NCBI GenBank assembly: GCA_046331705.1
Contig: JAXLQJ010000029.1
Span: 1-64,000, forward strand
Reading direction: 5' to 3'
Length of the DNA stretch: 64,000 nucleotides
Source of the DNA: a bacterium
Lineage (GTDB): Bacteria; JADJOY01
In this document: positions 48,041 to 57,172 of the stretch, piece after piece
Layout of the letters: every line of letters begins with the position of its first letter
Position numbering within the stretch: the stretch's first letter is position 1
Notes under the pieces: model-generated
Told to the model about the DNA's origin: nothing
Seen by the model: the letters and a program-made list of their open reading frames with translations, nothing else
Databases searched by the model: none
Made by a program: the position numbers and the translations under genes

Positions 48041-49102
48041 ATGGCGTGCGTCCGCGTGGTCCGCAAGCGAGTGGTTGCGCTGGTGAGCGCATGGGCGGCG
48101 TTCGTGCTCGGCGGGTGCGGGTCTACGGGCCACGGCGCGGCGGGCTCGTTCGTGCCCACCGACCCGAGCATCAGCGGGCGGTTCGCCGTCGAGCACGGCG
48201 CAGCCGAGCTCACGGTGCCGGGCTTCGGCAGGTACTCGGCGCTGACGTTCCGGCCGATCGCCAGCGCCACGGCGGGCGCAGCTAGCCTCGAGCCGCCGTC
48301 GCAGGTGCCGGGAATCGTGCTGTCGAATGGGCTCGCTGCGCCGGGCTCGATCATGACGTGGATCTCGGATCACCTCGCGAGCCACGGCTACGCGGTGCTG
48401 ACGTTCACTCCCGCGAACACGTTGTCCCTCGACATGACCGCCTGGGCAGCCGGGTTCGAGCGGGGGATCGATGCGTTCCTGGGTGCGGATGGAGCGTCGG
48501 CGGGCGCGCTCGACGGCCTCGTCGATCCCGAGCACATCGGTCTGGTGGCGCTCTCCGCTGGTGGCGCGGGTGCGATCGAGGCTGCCGGCAACGACCCGCG
48601 CATCGGCGCGGTGGTGGCGTTCGCACCGGGGATCAGCGACCTGGGACGCTTTCTCTTCCAGGACACGATCGACGCCGCGGCGCGCATCGCGGCCCCGACG
48701 CAGATCCAGGTGGGCACCGAGGATTGTCTCGTGAACCCGCGCCCACCGAGCCTGCTCGCATTCACCAACCTCGAGCGCGGCGGCGTGGAGACCTACTACG
48801 ACGCGATTCCGGCGCGCCGACAGCTCCTCGAGATCATGGGCGCAAACCACATCGGCTACTTCGACGAGGCGGCGCTCGGGCTCTGGACCGCTGCCATCGT
48901 GGACACGATCCCGATCGACTGCGCCGCCACGATCTCCGCCGCCGACCAGCACACCGTCGCCAAGCGCTACGCCACGATGTGGCTCGACACGTATCTCCAC
49001 GAAACCACGGCCTGGCGGGATGAGCTCTTCGGCGGCGGAGTCGAAGCGGACCTCGCGAACGACGTGCTGAACCGCGTGCGTTCCGACGCACCGCGCGAAT
49101 GA
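48041..49102 (+). CDS. Alpha/beta hydrolase lipoprotein (cutinase/PETase/chlorophyllase-like)
   Basis: Lipobox LGGC, HLASHGYAV, nucleophile elbow ALSAGG, GTED, GANH; start approximate. Confidence 0.75.
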   Translation: MACVRVVRKRVVALVSAWAAFVLGGCGSTGHGAAGSFVPTDPSISGRFAVEHGAAELTVPGFGRYSALTFRPIASATAGAASLEPPSQVPGIVLSNGLAAPGSIMTWISDHLASHGYAVLTFTPANTLSLDMTAWAAGFERGIDAFLGADGASAGALDGLVDPEHIGLVALSAGGAGAIEAAGNDPRIGAVVAFAPGISDLGRFLFQDTIDAAARIAAPTQIQVGTEDCLVNPRPPSLLAFTNLERGGVETYYDAIPARRQLLEIMGANHIGYFDEAALGLWTAAIVDTIPIDCAATISAADQHTVAKRYATMWLDTYLHETTAWRDELFGGGVEADLANDVLNRVRSDAPRE

Positions 49103-49147
49103 CCGATCATCCACACACGGATCCTGCGGTCCATCGGAGGTGTCGTC

Positions 49148-49561
49148 GTGCGAAGACTCGTGCGTGTCGTCCTGAGCGCGGTCGTCGCTGTCCTGGTCGC
49201 CCGAGCTGCGCATGCCCGCGAGGAGTGGGAGCTCGTCACGGTCACCCGAGGCGCAAGCTGGGAGATCAACGAGGCGAGCGGCGCACTGAAACGATCCGGC
49301 AGCGTGCTCGAAGGCGTGCTGAAAGACGCCAAGGACGGCCAACCGGACAACAAGATCCGAATCGAGCTCGCAGGCGAGCATGCGGAGGCGATGTTCTGGT
49401 TCGTCAGCGAGAACGACGAGGGCACGACGCTCACCGGCACCTACACCAAGGCGCCGGGCGCGACTGCGACCCATGGCCCCGAGCAAATTCAGCTCGTGAA
49501 CGATCACCAGTACATCGGCCTTGCCCGTGGCGCCTGCGAAGGCCTCGCCGTTCCGAGATGA
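49148..49561 (+). CDS. Secreted hypothetical protein (paralog of 46500-47006)
   Basis: GGAGG SD, signal peptide ending AHA, same mature domain. Confidence 0.75.
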   Translation: MRRLVRVVLSAVVAVLVARAAHAREEWELVTVTRGASWEINEASGALKRSGSVLEGVLKDAKDGQPDNKIRIELAGEHAEAMFWFVSENDEGTTLTGTYTKAPGATATHGPEQIQLVNDHQYIGLARGACEGLAVPR

Positions 49562-49711
49562 GCAGGGGCGCGGCCGCGACGAAACCTGGGCCGCCGCAGG
49601 TGCACGTGCTCCGATCGAGGAAGGCAACGCTCCGTCGGCGCCCACGACGCGTCACGGAATCAAGAACGTTCGAGCCGTGACGATGGCGATCGTCGAACCG
49701 CGAGTCGACTG

Positions 49712-50263
49712 ATGGTGATCCTGAGACCCACCCGGAAGCTGCGATCCTCGCTGCCGACGGTCGCCGCGGCAGAACCGAGCGACACGGCGCTAGGCGACTG
49801 GTACGTGAATCGGATCGTCGTTGGGCGTCAGCCACTGCTGCTCTTGCTCAGCTCAACCTCGCTGCTTCCGATCGTGTTGCCCGCGCGCGACGTCCGTTCG
49901 CTTCCAAAACGTTTGGGGTCCGTGGTGTCCGAGCGACTCCGCCGTCTCGGGGCCGAAGACGAGCTCATCGCCGCGGAGATACGGGCCATGCATCCGGTCG
50001 TCACAGCAGCCACCATCGATCGATCTGTGCTTGGCATCCTGGTCGAGTTCGCGATGCTCATCCCCCACTACTTCGAGGCGGGCATCGACGCTGAACACGA
50101 TCTCGCCGGATTGGAGGACTGGCTCCAGCACACGCCGTGTCATGCGGCGTCGACCGCCGAGGTCGTGTTTCCCGACCGTGAGGCTGCGGCGTTGCTCGGC
50201 GCGAGATGGGGGCGGAACATGCCTCGTCAGCCGATGGGCAATCCCTCGGAACCGCAGGCGTGA
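49712..50263 (+). CDS. Hypothetical protein (DUF6933-like)
   Basis: ILRPTRKL, TALGDWYVN, LLPIVLPAR, DRSVLG, TPC pattern recalled for this family. Confidence 0.6.
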   Translation: MVILRPTRKLRSSLPTVAAAEPSDTALGDWYVNRIVVGRQPLLLLLSSTSLLPIVLPARDVRSLPKRLGSVVSERLRRLGAEDELIAAEIRAMHPVVTAATIDRSVLGILVEFAMLIPHYFEAGIDAEHDLAGLEDWLQHTPCHAASTAEVVFPDREAAALLGARWGRNMPRQPMGNPSEPQA

Positions 50264-50269
50264 CCCCCC

Positions 50270-50648
50270 ATGCCACACGGCACCACGCCGCGTCCGTGCC
50301 GATCCCGCTGAGCTTCATTCGCGACGAGGCCGAGACCACTTCCCGGCGCTCAGGCGGGCGCTCGGGCTCGGCGAGCTCGTGCTGTTCGGCCACAGCGTCG
50401 GTGGGGTGATGTCGCTCGCTGTCGCCGCAGCGGGACACGAGCCGTGGGTCGCGGTAGTGAGCGAGTCGGCGCTGGCATTCGTCGAGGAGCGCACCCGCAC
50501 GGTGATCCGGCGCGCCCGCGACGGCTTCGCCGACCCGACGCAGTTCGCGAAGCTCACGCGCTGGCACGGCGAGCGCGCCGGCGAGGTGATCGAGAGTGTG
50601 GCGGTGTTCCTGGTGGAGAACGTGCCGGATGCGAAGGTGGACCGATAA
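50270..50648 (+). pseudogene. Fragmented alpha/beta hydrolase remnant
   Basis: LFGHSVGG nucleophile elbow, AFVEERT, KLTRWHG; upstream part (LSFIRDEA) in another frame; no intact start. Confidence 0.6.
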
Positions 50649-50669
50649 TTAGTCAACGTTGACCAATTA
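50646..50669. promoter_or_regulatory. Probable TetR operator TAATTAGTCAAC-GTTGACCAATTA
   Basis: 24-bp palindrome with one mismatch, very AT-rich, 24 nt upstream of the TetR start. Confidence 0.8.
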
Positions 50670-50693
50670 GGCGCGGTGACGTAGGACGAGGCC

Positions 50694-51320
50694 ATGGCCA
50701 CGTCGTCCGCCACGAGCGCCAAGCCCCGCCGCCCCCAGGCTCGCGGCGAGGCGACGCGCCTGCGCATCCTCGAGGCGACGCTCGCCTGCATCACCGAGGA
50801 GGGCTACGCACGAACCAGCACGGTCCACGTGTGCCGGCGCTCGGGTGCCTCGCGCGGTTCTCTTCTGCACCAGTTCCCGACCCGCGCCGAGCTGATGGCG
50901 GCAGCGGTCGCCCATCTGTTCGAGAAGCTGACGACCGACTACGTCGAGGCGCTCGCCGCGCTGCGCGCGAAGGCCCTTCGCAGCGTCGCCCGGCGCGTCG
51001 ACGTCGCGAGCGAGCTGTTACTCGCCGGCTACGCGGACCCGCACCTCGCCGCGGTGCTCGACATCTACTCGGCGGCTCGAACCGACGCGGAGCTGATGGC
51101 GGCGCTCAGGCCGGTGGCCGCGCGGCACCGCGAAGCCGTGCGGCAACTCGCGCATCATCTCTTCCCCGCGGCGGCGACGTCGAAGCGCGCGGACCGCGGG
51201 CTCGCGGTGGTGCTCGACGCCCTGCAGGGCCTCGCCTTCCGCAGCGTCGTGAACCCGGACGGCGCCCGCGACACGATCGACGGCGCCAAGGAACTCCTCG
51301 TCGAGGTCTTCCCCCCATGA
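50694..51320 (+). CDS. TetR/AcrR-family transcriptional regulator
   Basis: TRLRILEATLACITEEGYARTS..VCRRSGASRGSLLHQFPTRAEL helix-turn-helix. Confidence 0.92.
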   Translation: MATSSATSAKPRRPQARGEATRLRILEATLACITEEGYARTSTVHVCRRSGASRGSLLHQFPTRAELMAAAVAHLFEKLTTDYVEALAALRAKALRSVARRVDVASELLLAGYADPHLAAVLDIYSAARTDAELMAALRPVAARHREAVRQLAHHLFPAAATSKRADRGLAVVLDALQGLAFRSVVNPDGARDTIDGAKELLVEVFPP

Positions 51321-52264
51321 AGAAGCGCACGCTGAACGAACGCGACATCCCCGGCGCGCTGCTGGCGGGGGCCCGTTGGCTCGTCAACCCGGTTTCGGAG
51401 GGCGGCGTCAAGCAGGTGCCGCGCATCAAGCTCTTGGCGGGCGGTCCGGAGATCCTCGCCGACCTCGAGCGGATGCGGGCCCACCCGACGGGCAGACGGA
51501 TCCTCGACGAGCGGCCCGATCTCGGCGCCGCCCTCTCGGACTCCACCGCGCTGAGGGCTATGCCCGCGGGAAGCCTCGGCCGGACGTTCCATGAGGCCAT
51601 GGACATCCCCGGCGGCGTTCCCGGCTCTCTCCTGGCGGCGACGATCTACCTGGACGGGTTCTTCGATTCCTTCGAGATGAGCGAGGAAGCGCAGTACTAC
51701 ATCGCACGCTCCCGGTGGTTTCACGACCTGTTCCACATCGTGACCGGGTACGGCACGGACCTGCCGGGGGAAGGACTCCTGATTTACTTCGCGCTCGGAT
51801 ACGAGCACCGCGTGCCCTACCGGGCGGCGTCCCTCTCGCCCCTCGGGATCGGCCCGGGACTCTTCATCCGACCGAGCTGCGGCCAGCGCGCCTGGCGAGC
51901 GCTCCTCCGCGACGCGCACGCGCGGGGGCTCGCGGCCAACCGGGTCAGTCCACCCGAATGCGTGCCGTGGGAGGAGCTGCTTCCCCGCCCGCTCGGCGAG
52001 GTGCGTGCGGCGCTCGGCGTCGTCCCCTTCCTCGAGGACACGTCGCGCTGGCTCGACCACAGCTGGTTCGGGCGGCAGGCGGCGATCGGCTTTGGTGCCT
52101 ACCCGAGATCGCCGAAGCGGGCGCAGCTCGCCCTCACCGTCGTGAAGGCCGGCGTCGACTACCGGGAGCTCTTCCGCATGAGCCGCGCGAAGGCGCGCGA
52201 ACTCTTCGACCTCACCGCTGCCGGCGCCTCCGCCGAGGAGATCCGCGCCGCCGCGGCGGCGTGA
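51317..52264 (+). CDS. Coq4-family metal-binding protein
   Basis: LRAMPAGSLG and HDLFHIVTGYGTDLPGE (HDxxH...E); ATGA overlap with tetR. Confidence 0.78.
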   Translation: MKKRTLNERDIPGALLAGARWLVNPVSEGGVKQVPRIKLLAGGPEILADLERMRAHPTGRRILDERPDLGAALSDSTALRAMPAGSLGRTFHEAMDIPGGVPGSLLAATIYLDGFFDSFEMSEEAQYYIARSRWFHDLFHIVTGYGTDLPGEGLLIYFALGYEHRVPYRAASLSPLGIGPGLFIRPSCGQRAWRALLRDAHARGLAANRVSPPECVPWEELLPRPLGEVRAALGVVPFLEDTSRWLDHSWFGRQAAIGFGAYPRSPKRAQLALTVVKAGVDYRELFRMSRAKARELFDLTAAGASAEEIRAAAAA

Positions 52265-52360
52265 GCCGGCCCGGGTCGATCGGGCCGCCGGCGCGCGCGG
52301 CGCGGCTGTTCGGCTAGGATGCGGCACGCTGCGGGCGTTTCGCTGAACGCGAGGGCGACG

Positions 52361-52750
52361 ATGCTGGAAGGGTCCTGTCACTGTGGCACGGTGCGGTGGA
52401 CGTTCGCGACGGAGCCGGATGGCGCGACCGCGTGCAACTGCACCGTGTGCCGGCGCTACGGCGGGCTGTGGATCTACGACTTCGAGAACGAGGCGATCCA
52501 CGTCTCGGGGCCGACCACGAAGTACGTGCGCGGCAAGCACATCGAATTCCACTTCTGCCCCACCTGCGGGTGCGTGGCGTACTGGCGCGCGCAGCACCCG
52601 GGTGAGGACGGGCGGCGGCGCATGGCGGTGAACGTGCGGCTGGGCGAGCCGGACGCGGTCGCGAAGCTGCCGATCGACCACTTCGACGGGCTCGACACCT
52701 TCGAGGACCTGCCGCGCGACGGGCGCTGTGTCGCCGACTACTGGTTCTGA
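52361..52750 (+). CDS. GFA (CENP-V) family zinc protein
   Basis: GSCHCG, CNCTVC, FCPTCG, AVNVR. Confidence 0.9.
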   Translation: MLEGSCHCGTVRWTFATEPDGATACNCTVCRRYGGLWIYDFENEAIHVSGPTTKYVRGKHIEFHFCPTCGCVAYWRAQHPGEDGRRRMAVNVRLGEPDAVAKLPIDHFDGLDTFEDLPRDGRCVADYWF

Positions 52751-52777
52751 GCAGCGCGCCGGTCCGCCAAACCCGCA

Positions 52778-53215
52778 ATGGCTCGCATTCACCTCAGCGT
52801 CCACGACGGTCTCCCGCCTGCCGAGAGCGCGCACGTCGACGCGGGTCTCGGGGCGTTCAACGACGAGGCCGCGCCGCTCCACGAGGTACAAGCGTTCTCG
52901 TGCTTCGCCCACGGTCAGGATGGGGCGGTGGTGGGTGGCGCCATCGGACGCCGGTGGGGAGAGTGCGCCGAGCTGCAGCAGCTCTGGGTCGAAGGCACAC
53001 TGCGCAAGCGGGGCCTCGGCGCGCGGCTGGTCGGGACGTTCGAGGAGCACGCGCGCGCCAAGGGCTGCACCTATCTCTACGTCGAGACCTTCAGCTTCCA
53101 GGCCCCCGCCTTCTACGAGGCGCTCGGCTACGTCACCGAATACGTGCGCCGCGGCTATCCCCACGGCATCGCGAAGTACCACCTGGGAAAGCACCTCGGC
53201 GCCCAGCGCCCCTGA
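52778..53215 (+). CDS. GNAT-family acetyltransferase
   Basis: LWVEGTLRKRGLGARL, TFSFQAPAFYEALGY. Confidence 0.9.
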   Translation: MARIHLSVHDGLPPAESAHVDAGLGAFNDEAAPLHEVQAFSCFAHGQDGAVVGGAIGRRWGECAELQQLWVEGTLRKRGLGARLVGTFEEHARAKGCTYLYVETFSFQAPAFYEALGYVTEYVRRGYPHGIAKYHLGKHLGAQRP

Positions 53216-53311
53216 CGCCGCCGACGCTGGCGGGCACGTCGTCAGAAACGGCACCGGCGCCGAGCCCGCGAGGTCGACGCCGCGATCGGATCCCTTGTGA
53301 CCCGCCGAGAC

Positions 53312-53344
53312 GCGAAAGGGCGGCCGTTCGGGCCGCCCTCTCGC
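53312..53344 (-). terminator. Hairpin terminator downstream of tRNA-Leu (possibly bidirectional)
   Basis: AGGGCGGCC-CGAAC-GGCCGCCCT followed by TT on the minus strand. Confidence 0.6.
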
Positions 53345-53358
53345 AATCGTCCAACCAC

Positions 53359-53445
53359 TGGTGCCGAGGAGGGGACTCGAACCCCTACAGGCTTTCACCC
53401 ACTAGGTCCTGAACCTAGCGCGTCTACCAATTCCGCCACCTCGGC
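53359..53445 (-). tRNA. tRNA-Leu(CAG)
   Basis: GCCGAGGTGGCGGAATTGGTAGACGCGCTAGGTTCAGGACCTAG, long variable arm, GGTTCGAGTCC, ends ACCA; 87 nt. Confidence 0.97.
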
Positions 53446-53726
53446 CAACGGCGACCGCGAACTATGACGTCTGACGCGATGCTCCGTCAAGGAACGGCCG
53501 GCGTGCGCCAACGATCCGCTCGCACGCGTTCCAGCCGCCACGCGCGCCTGCGATCCCTCCGCGTGCCGGCGGTGCGAGGGTGGGGCCCCGCTCGGCTTCA
53601 CCCCGAACGGCGCGCGGCGCTGGAACGGCCACCCGAGAAGGCGTGGGCAGGTCGCTGCAAGGCTCGTGCGCTCGAGATTTTGGCGACCTGCTAGGCTCGG
53701 GCGATCCCCCCGCTTCCGGAGCGTCC

Positions 53727-55769
53727 ATGCGCACGCACGTTCGGTCTCGCACGCACGCGCTCGCCGCGCTGCTCGCCTTGGCCTTCGCCCTGGGTATCGC
53801 GGCGAGCTTCACGGGATGCTCGGGCGGCGGCTCCTCGAAGGGCCCCAGCCCGGAGCCCGGACCGAGCCCGAGCCCCGAGCCTGGCGCCCGCGTCACGCTC
53901 ACGCTCGCACCGTTCGAGAACGCCAAATCGGACGACATCCGGAAGGTGCGCATCCGCGCGCTCGACACCGAGGGCACGGCCGCGCTCGCCCAGGTCGAGC
54001 TCGACAGCGTGAGCACCTTCCCGCTCAAAGCCAGCATTCAGGTGCCTGCGGGCACGCAGCTGCCGATCACGGGCGAGGGCCTGGACGCCGACGGCAACTC
54101 GATCTTCCGCGCGGCGACACGCATCGACCTCACCGCCGCCACCACCGTCGAGGTCACGGTCGAGCTCGGCGAGACGCCGCCGCCACCGCCCAGCCGAGGC
54201 GAGCCTCCCACCATCGCGTTCGAGAGCCCCGCCGACGGCGACGTCTTCGTGCAAGGAGCGCTCATCGTCTTCAGCGCCAAGCTCGGCGATGCGGACGATC
54301 CGGTGACGTCTCTCCGCGTGCTCTGGAGCAGCGACATCCAGGGGCCGATCAACATCGACCCGCCGAACGCGGACGGCATGGTGGGATTCCAGACCGTGGG
54401 GCTGGCCCTCGGCGTGCACCGAATCAGCTTGCTGGCGCTCGATCCGGGCGGGAACGGCACCACCGCATCCATCACCATCGAGGTGCGCACGGCGGCGCCG
54501 GGACCCGGGCCGGGCCCGGGCCCTGGCCCTGGCCCTGGCGAGCAGAGCCAGCCACGGGTCGACTCCATCTCTCCCGACGAGGGCCCGTCCATCGGTGGCA
54601 CCCAGATCACGATCCTGGGCCGCGACTTCCAGGAAGGCGGCGCGGTCTTCTTCGGCGAGCAGCCCGTGGCGGCCGTGTTCCGGGGCTCGAACAAGCTCGA
54701 GGTGTTCTCGCCGCCCACCGACGGCAATCGCCGACTCGACATCACCGTCGCCAACCCCGATGGTGGGCGCACCACCGTGGGCAACGGCTACCTCTACGAC
54801 TCGACGCTCTACGTGAGCGCCGACGCAGCCGACGCCGCGACTCAGGATGGCTCGACGCTCCATCCGCTTTCGTCCGTGGCGCTCGCGGCGGTGCGCGCGC
54901 GCCCCGGATACACGGTCGCGATCGCGGGCGGCCGCTACCGGGAGACCGTCATCGTCCCGAGCACGCGCTCGATCACGTTCCAGGGCGCGGGCGCCGGCAG
55001 CACGGTCATCGACGGCAGCCTCGGCAAGAGCACCGATCCGGCGTTCGGCGTGGTCGAGTCAGACGACATCCACATCGCCGATCTCTCGATCGGCGGCGGC
55101 CCGGCGGCGGGGCTCATCGCCGTGGGCGGCGGCGCGGTTCGAGTCGACGGCGTCGTCGTGACCCGCAACCAAGATGGCGTGCTCGTGGGCACCGGCAGCA
55201 CGCTGACGATCGCCAGCTCGGTCATCACGCAAAACCGCGGCAACGGCCTGCTGGTCGCGGGGGGAGCCGCGTTCGCCAGCGATCTCGAGATCACCGACAA
55301 CGGCGACATCGGCGTCGGGGTCGTGATGGACGGCGATGGAGTGGGACAGAGCACCGAGATCCGCGGCTCGACGATCAGCGGCAACGGCGATTTCGGGGTG
55401 CTCGGAGTCGTCGACGAGGCGATCGACCATCTCACGATCGAGGGGAATCGCATCCAGGGAAATGGCGAGGACGCGCCGCTGCCGGGAGTGATCCTGATCG
55501 CCAATGCCGGCGAGCAGCGCCGCGAGGTCTACCGGGTGGTCGGCAACGACGTGAGCGGCAACCCAGGCTCGGGGATTCAGGTGGCGGACGGCGCCAACGC
55601 AACCGTGGGCGGTGCAGGAGCCGATCGCAACTCGATCCGCAACAACGGCGGCTACGCGGTGGCGTGCGAGCCCGGCGCGCTCGTGAGCTGTCCCGCGGGC
55701 GGCAACGGCATCGGCGGCAACGACTTGGGCGACATCGATCCCAACTGCCCGTCCACGTGCAAGCCATGA
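53727..55769 (+). CDS. Surface lipoprotein with Ig-like, IPT/TIG and right-handed beta-helix domains
   Basis: Lipobox FTGC, PS/GP linkers, SISPDEGPSIGGTQITILG (IPT), repeated I.GN...G beta-helix turns. Confidence 0.8.
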   Translation: MRTHVRSRTHALAALLALAFALGIAASFTGCSGGGSSKGPSPEPGPSPSPEPGARVTLTLAPFENAKSDDIRKVRIRALDTEGTAALAQVELDSVSTFPLKASIQVPAGTQLPITGEGLDADGNSIFRAATRIDLTAATTVEVTVELGETPPPPPSRGEPPTIAFESPADGDVFVQGALIVFSAKLGDADDPVTSLRVLWSSDIQGPINIDPPNADGMVGFQTVGLALGVHRISLLALDPGGNGTTASITIEVRTAAPGPGPGPGPGPGPGEQSQPRVDSISPDEGPSIGGTQITILGRDFQEGGAVFFGEQPVAAVFRGSNKLEVFSPPTDGNRRLDITVANPDGGRTTVGNGYLYDSTLYVSADAADAATQDGSTLHPLSSVALAAVRARPGYTVAIAGGRYRETVIVPSTRSITFQGAGAGSTVIDGSLGKSTDPAFGVVESDDIHIADLSIGGGPAAGLIAVGGGAVRVDGVVVTRNQDGVLVGTGSTLTIASSVITQNRGNGLLVAGGAAFASDLEITDNGDIGVGVVMDGDGVGQSTEIRGSTISGNGDFGVLGVVDEAIDHLTIEGNRIQGNGEDAPLPGVILIANAGEQRREVYRVVGNDVSGNPGSGIQVADGANATVGGAGADRNSIRNNGGYAVACEPGALVSCPAGGNGIGGNDLGDIDPNCPSTCKP

Positions 55770-56170
55770 GGGCAGCACGTCTCGCGCGCTGGACCGCGCT
55801 CGCGTTGGTGTCGATCGCGGCCTGTACCCCCGCGTCGCAGCGACTCACGGCTCGCGGCATCGAGCTCGCCGACCAGGGTGACCTGGCCGCGGCGGAGCGA
55901 AGCTTTCGCGATGCGATCGCCGAAGATCCCGCCAGCGCGATGGCCGCGTATCAGCTCGGCGTGCTGGCCGAGGACCGCGCCGACGATCGGCTGGCGAGGA
56001 CCTGGTACCGTCGCGCGGCGACGCGCGCCAAGGACGAGCGCGTGGAGGAGAACGGCAGACCCGTGGCGCTCTCGGTCTGGGCGTTGCGCGGGCTCGATCG
56101 CGTCACCCGCCGCATCGCCGCCGAGGACGCCGCACCCGCGCCACCGAGTCCCGCACCCGAATCCGAGTGA
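55766..56170 (+). CDS. Small TPR lipoprotein
   Basis: Lipobox IAAC; TPR-like GDLAAAERSFRDAIAEDP..AAYQLGVL; ATGA overlap with the upstream gene. Confidence 0.7.
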   Translation: MRAARLARWTALALVSIAACTPASQRLTARGIELADQGDLAAAERSFRDAIAEDPASAMAAYQLGVLAEDRADDRLARTWYRRAATRAKDERVEENGRPVALSVWALRGLDRVTRRIAAEDAAPAPPSPAPESE

Positions 56171-56268
56171 TGGCTGGGCGCGGCTGACGCCGCGCCTCCT
56201 CCATCCCAGCTCGATTCCAGCCGGGAGAGGCGCACCGATCCGTCGGTTTGCCCCGTCCCTGACGCGTG

Positions 56269-56292
56269 CGCCCGGCGCGCACGCGCCGGGCG
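56269..56292. terminator. GC hairpin between convergent genes
   Basis: CGCCCGGCGCG-CA-CGCGCCGGGCG directly after the sucD stop; no U-tract. Confidence 0.4.
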
Positions 56293-56293
56293 A

Positions 56294-57172
56294 TCAGCGC
56301 TTCGCTTCGAGCGCCGCCTTGAGCGTGGTGCCGAGCGCCGCCGGCGAATCCGCCATGTGCACGCCCGCCGCCTGCATCGCCGCGACCTTCTCCTTCGCGG
56401 TGCCCTTGCCGCCCGAGATGATCGCGCCGGCGTGTCCCATGCGCTTGCCCGGGGGCGCCGTGCGGCCCGCGATGAAGCCCGCCACCGGCTTGGTCACGTG
56501 GGCCTTGATGTACGCCGCCGCGTCTTCCTCGGCGCTGCCACCGATCTCGCCGATCATGATGATCGCGTCGGTGTCGGGGTCGTTCTGGAACATCTCGAGG
56601 ACCTGCGTGAAGTTGAGGCCGTTCACGGGGTCGCCGCCGATGCCGACACACGTGGACTGGCCGAGTCCCACGTTCGAGAGCTGCCACACCGCCTCGTACG
56701 TGAGGGTGCCGGACCGCGACACCACGCCCACGCGTCCCGGCTTGTGGATGTGCCCGGGCATGATGCCGATCTTGCACGCGCCCGGCGTGATGACTCCCGG
56801 ACAGTTGGGCCCGATGAGCTTGACACCCCGCGCGTCGAGGTACGGCCGCACCTTCACCATGTCGAGAACCGGGATGCCCTCGGTGATGGCGACGATGAGC
56901 TGAATCCCCGCGTCCGCGGCCTCGTACATCGCGTCGGCGGCGAAGGGCGGCGGCACGAACAGCATCGAGACCGTCGCACCGGTCTTCTTCACCGCGTCCG
57001 CGACGGTATCGAAGATGGGCACGCCCTTGAAGTCCTGGCCGCCCTTCCCCGGCGTCACGCCGCCCACGATCTTCGTGCCGTACTCCAGGCACTTCTCGGT
57101 GTGGAACGAGCCGGCCGAGCCGGTGATGCCCTGGGTGATGATCTTCGTCGAAGCGTCGACCAGGATGCTCAC
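56294..57172 (-). CDS. sucD: Succinyl-CoA synthetase alpha subunit
   Basis: [38 protein letters not shown]. Confidence 0.97.
   Translation of the reverse strand: MSILVDASTKIITQGITGSAGSFHTEKCLEYGTKIVGGVTPGKGGQDFKGVPIFDTVADAVKKTGATVSMLFVPPPFAADAMYEAADAGIQLIVAITEGIPVLDMVKVRPYLDARGVKLIGPNCPGVITPGACKIGIMPGHIHKPGRVGVVSRSGTLTYEAVWQLSNVGLGQSTCVGIGGDPVNGLNFTQVLEMFQNDPDTDAIIMIGEIGGSAEEDAAAYIKAHVTKPVAGFIAGRTAPPGKRMGHAGAIISGGKGTAKEKVAAMQAAGVHMADSPAALGTTLKAALEAKR

Noticed and set aside
50211-50240. Possible integron attC remnant at the 3' end of the DUF6933-like gene (GCGGAACATGCCTCGTCAGCCGA)
   Set aside because: Only a loose resemblance to the left half of attC; no matching GTTRRRY arm, no repetition between neighbouring genes and no intI.
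53216-53445. Integrated prophage or ICE at tRNA-Leu or tRNA-Pro
   Set aside because: No integrase, phage or conjugation genes, and no duplicated tRNA 3' end was seen.
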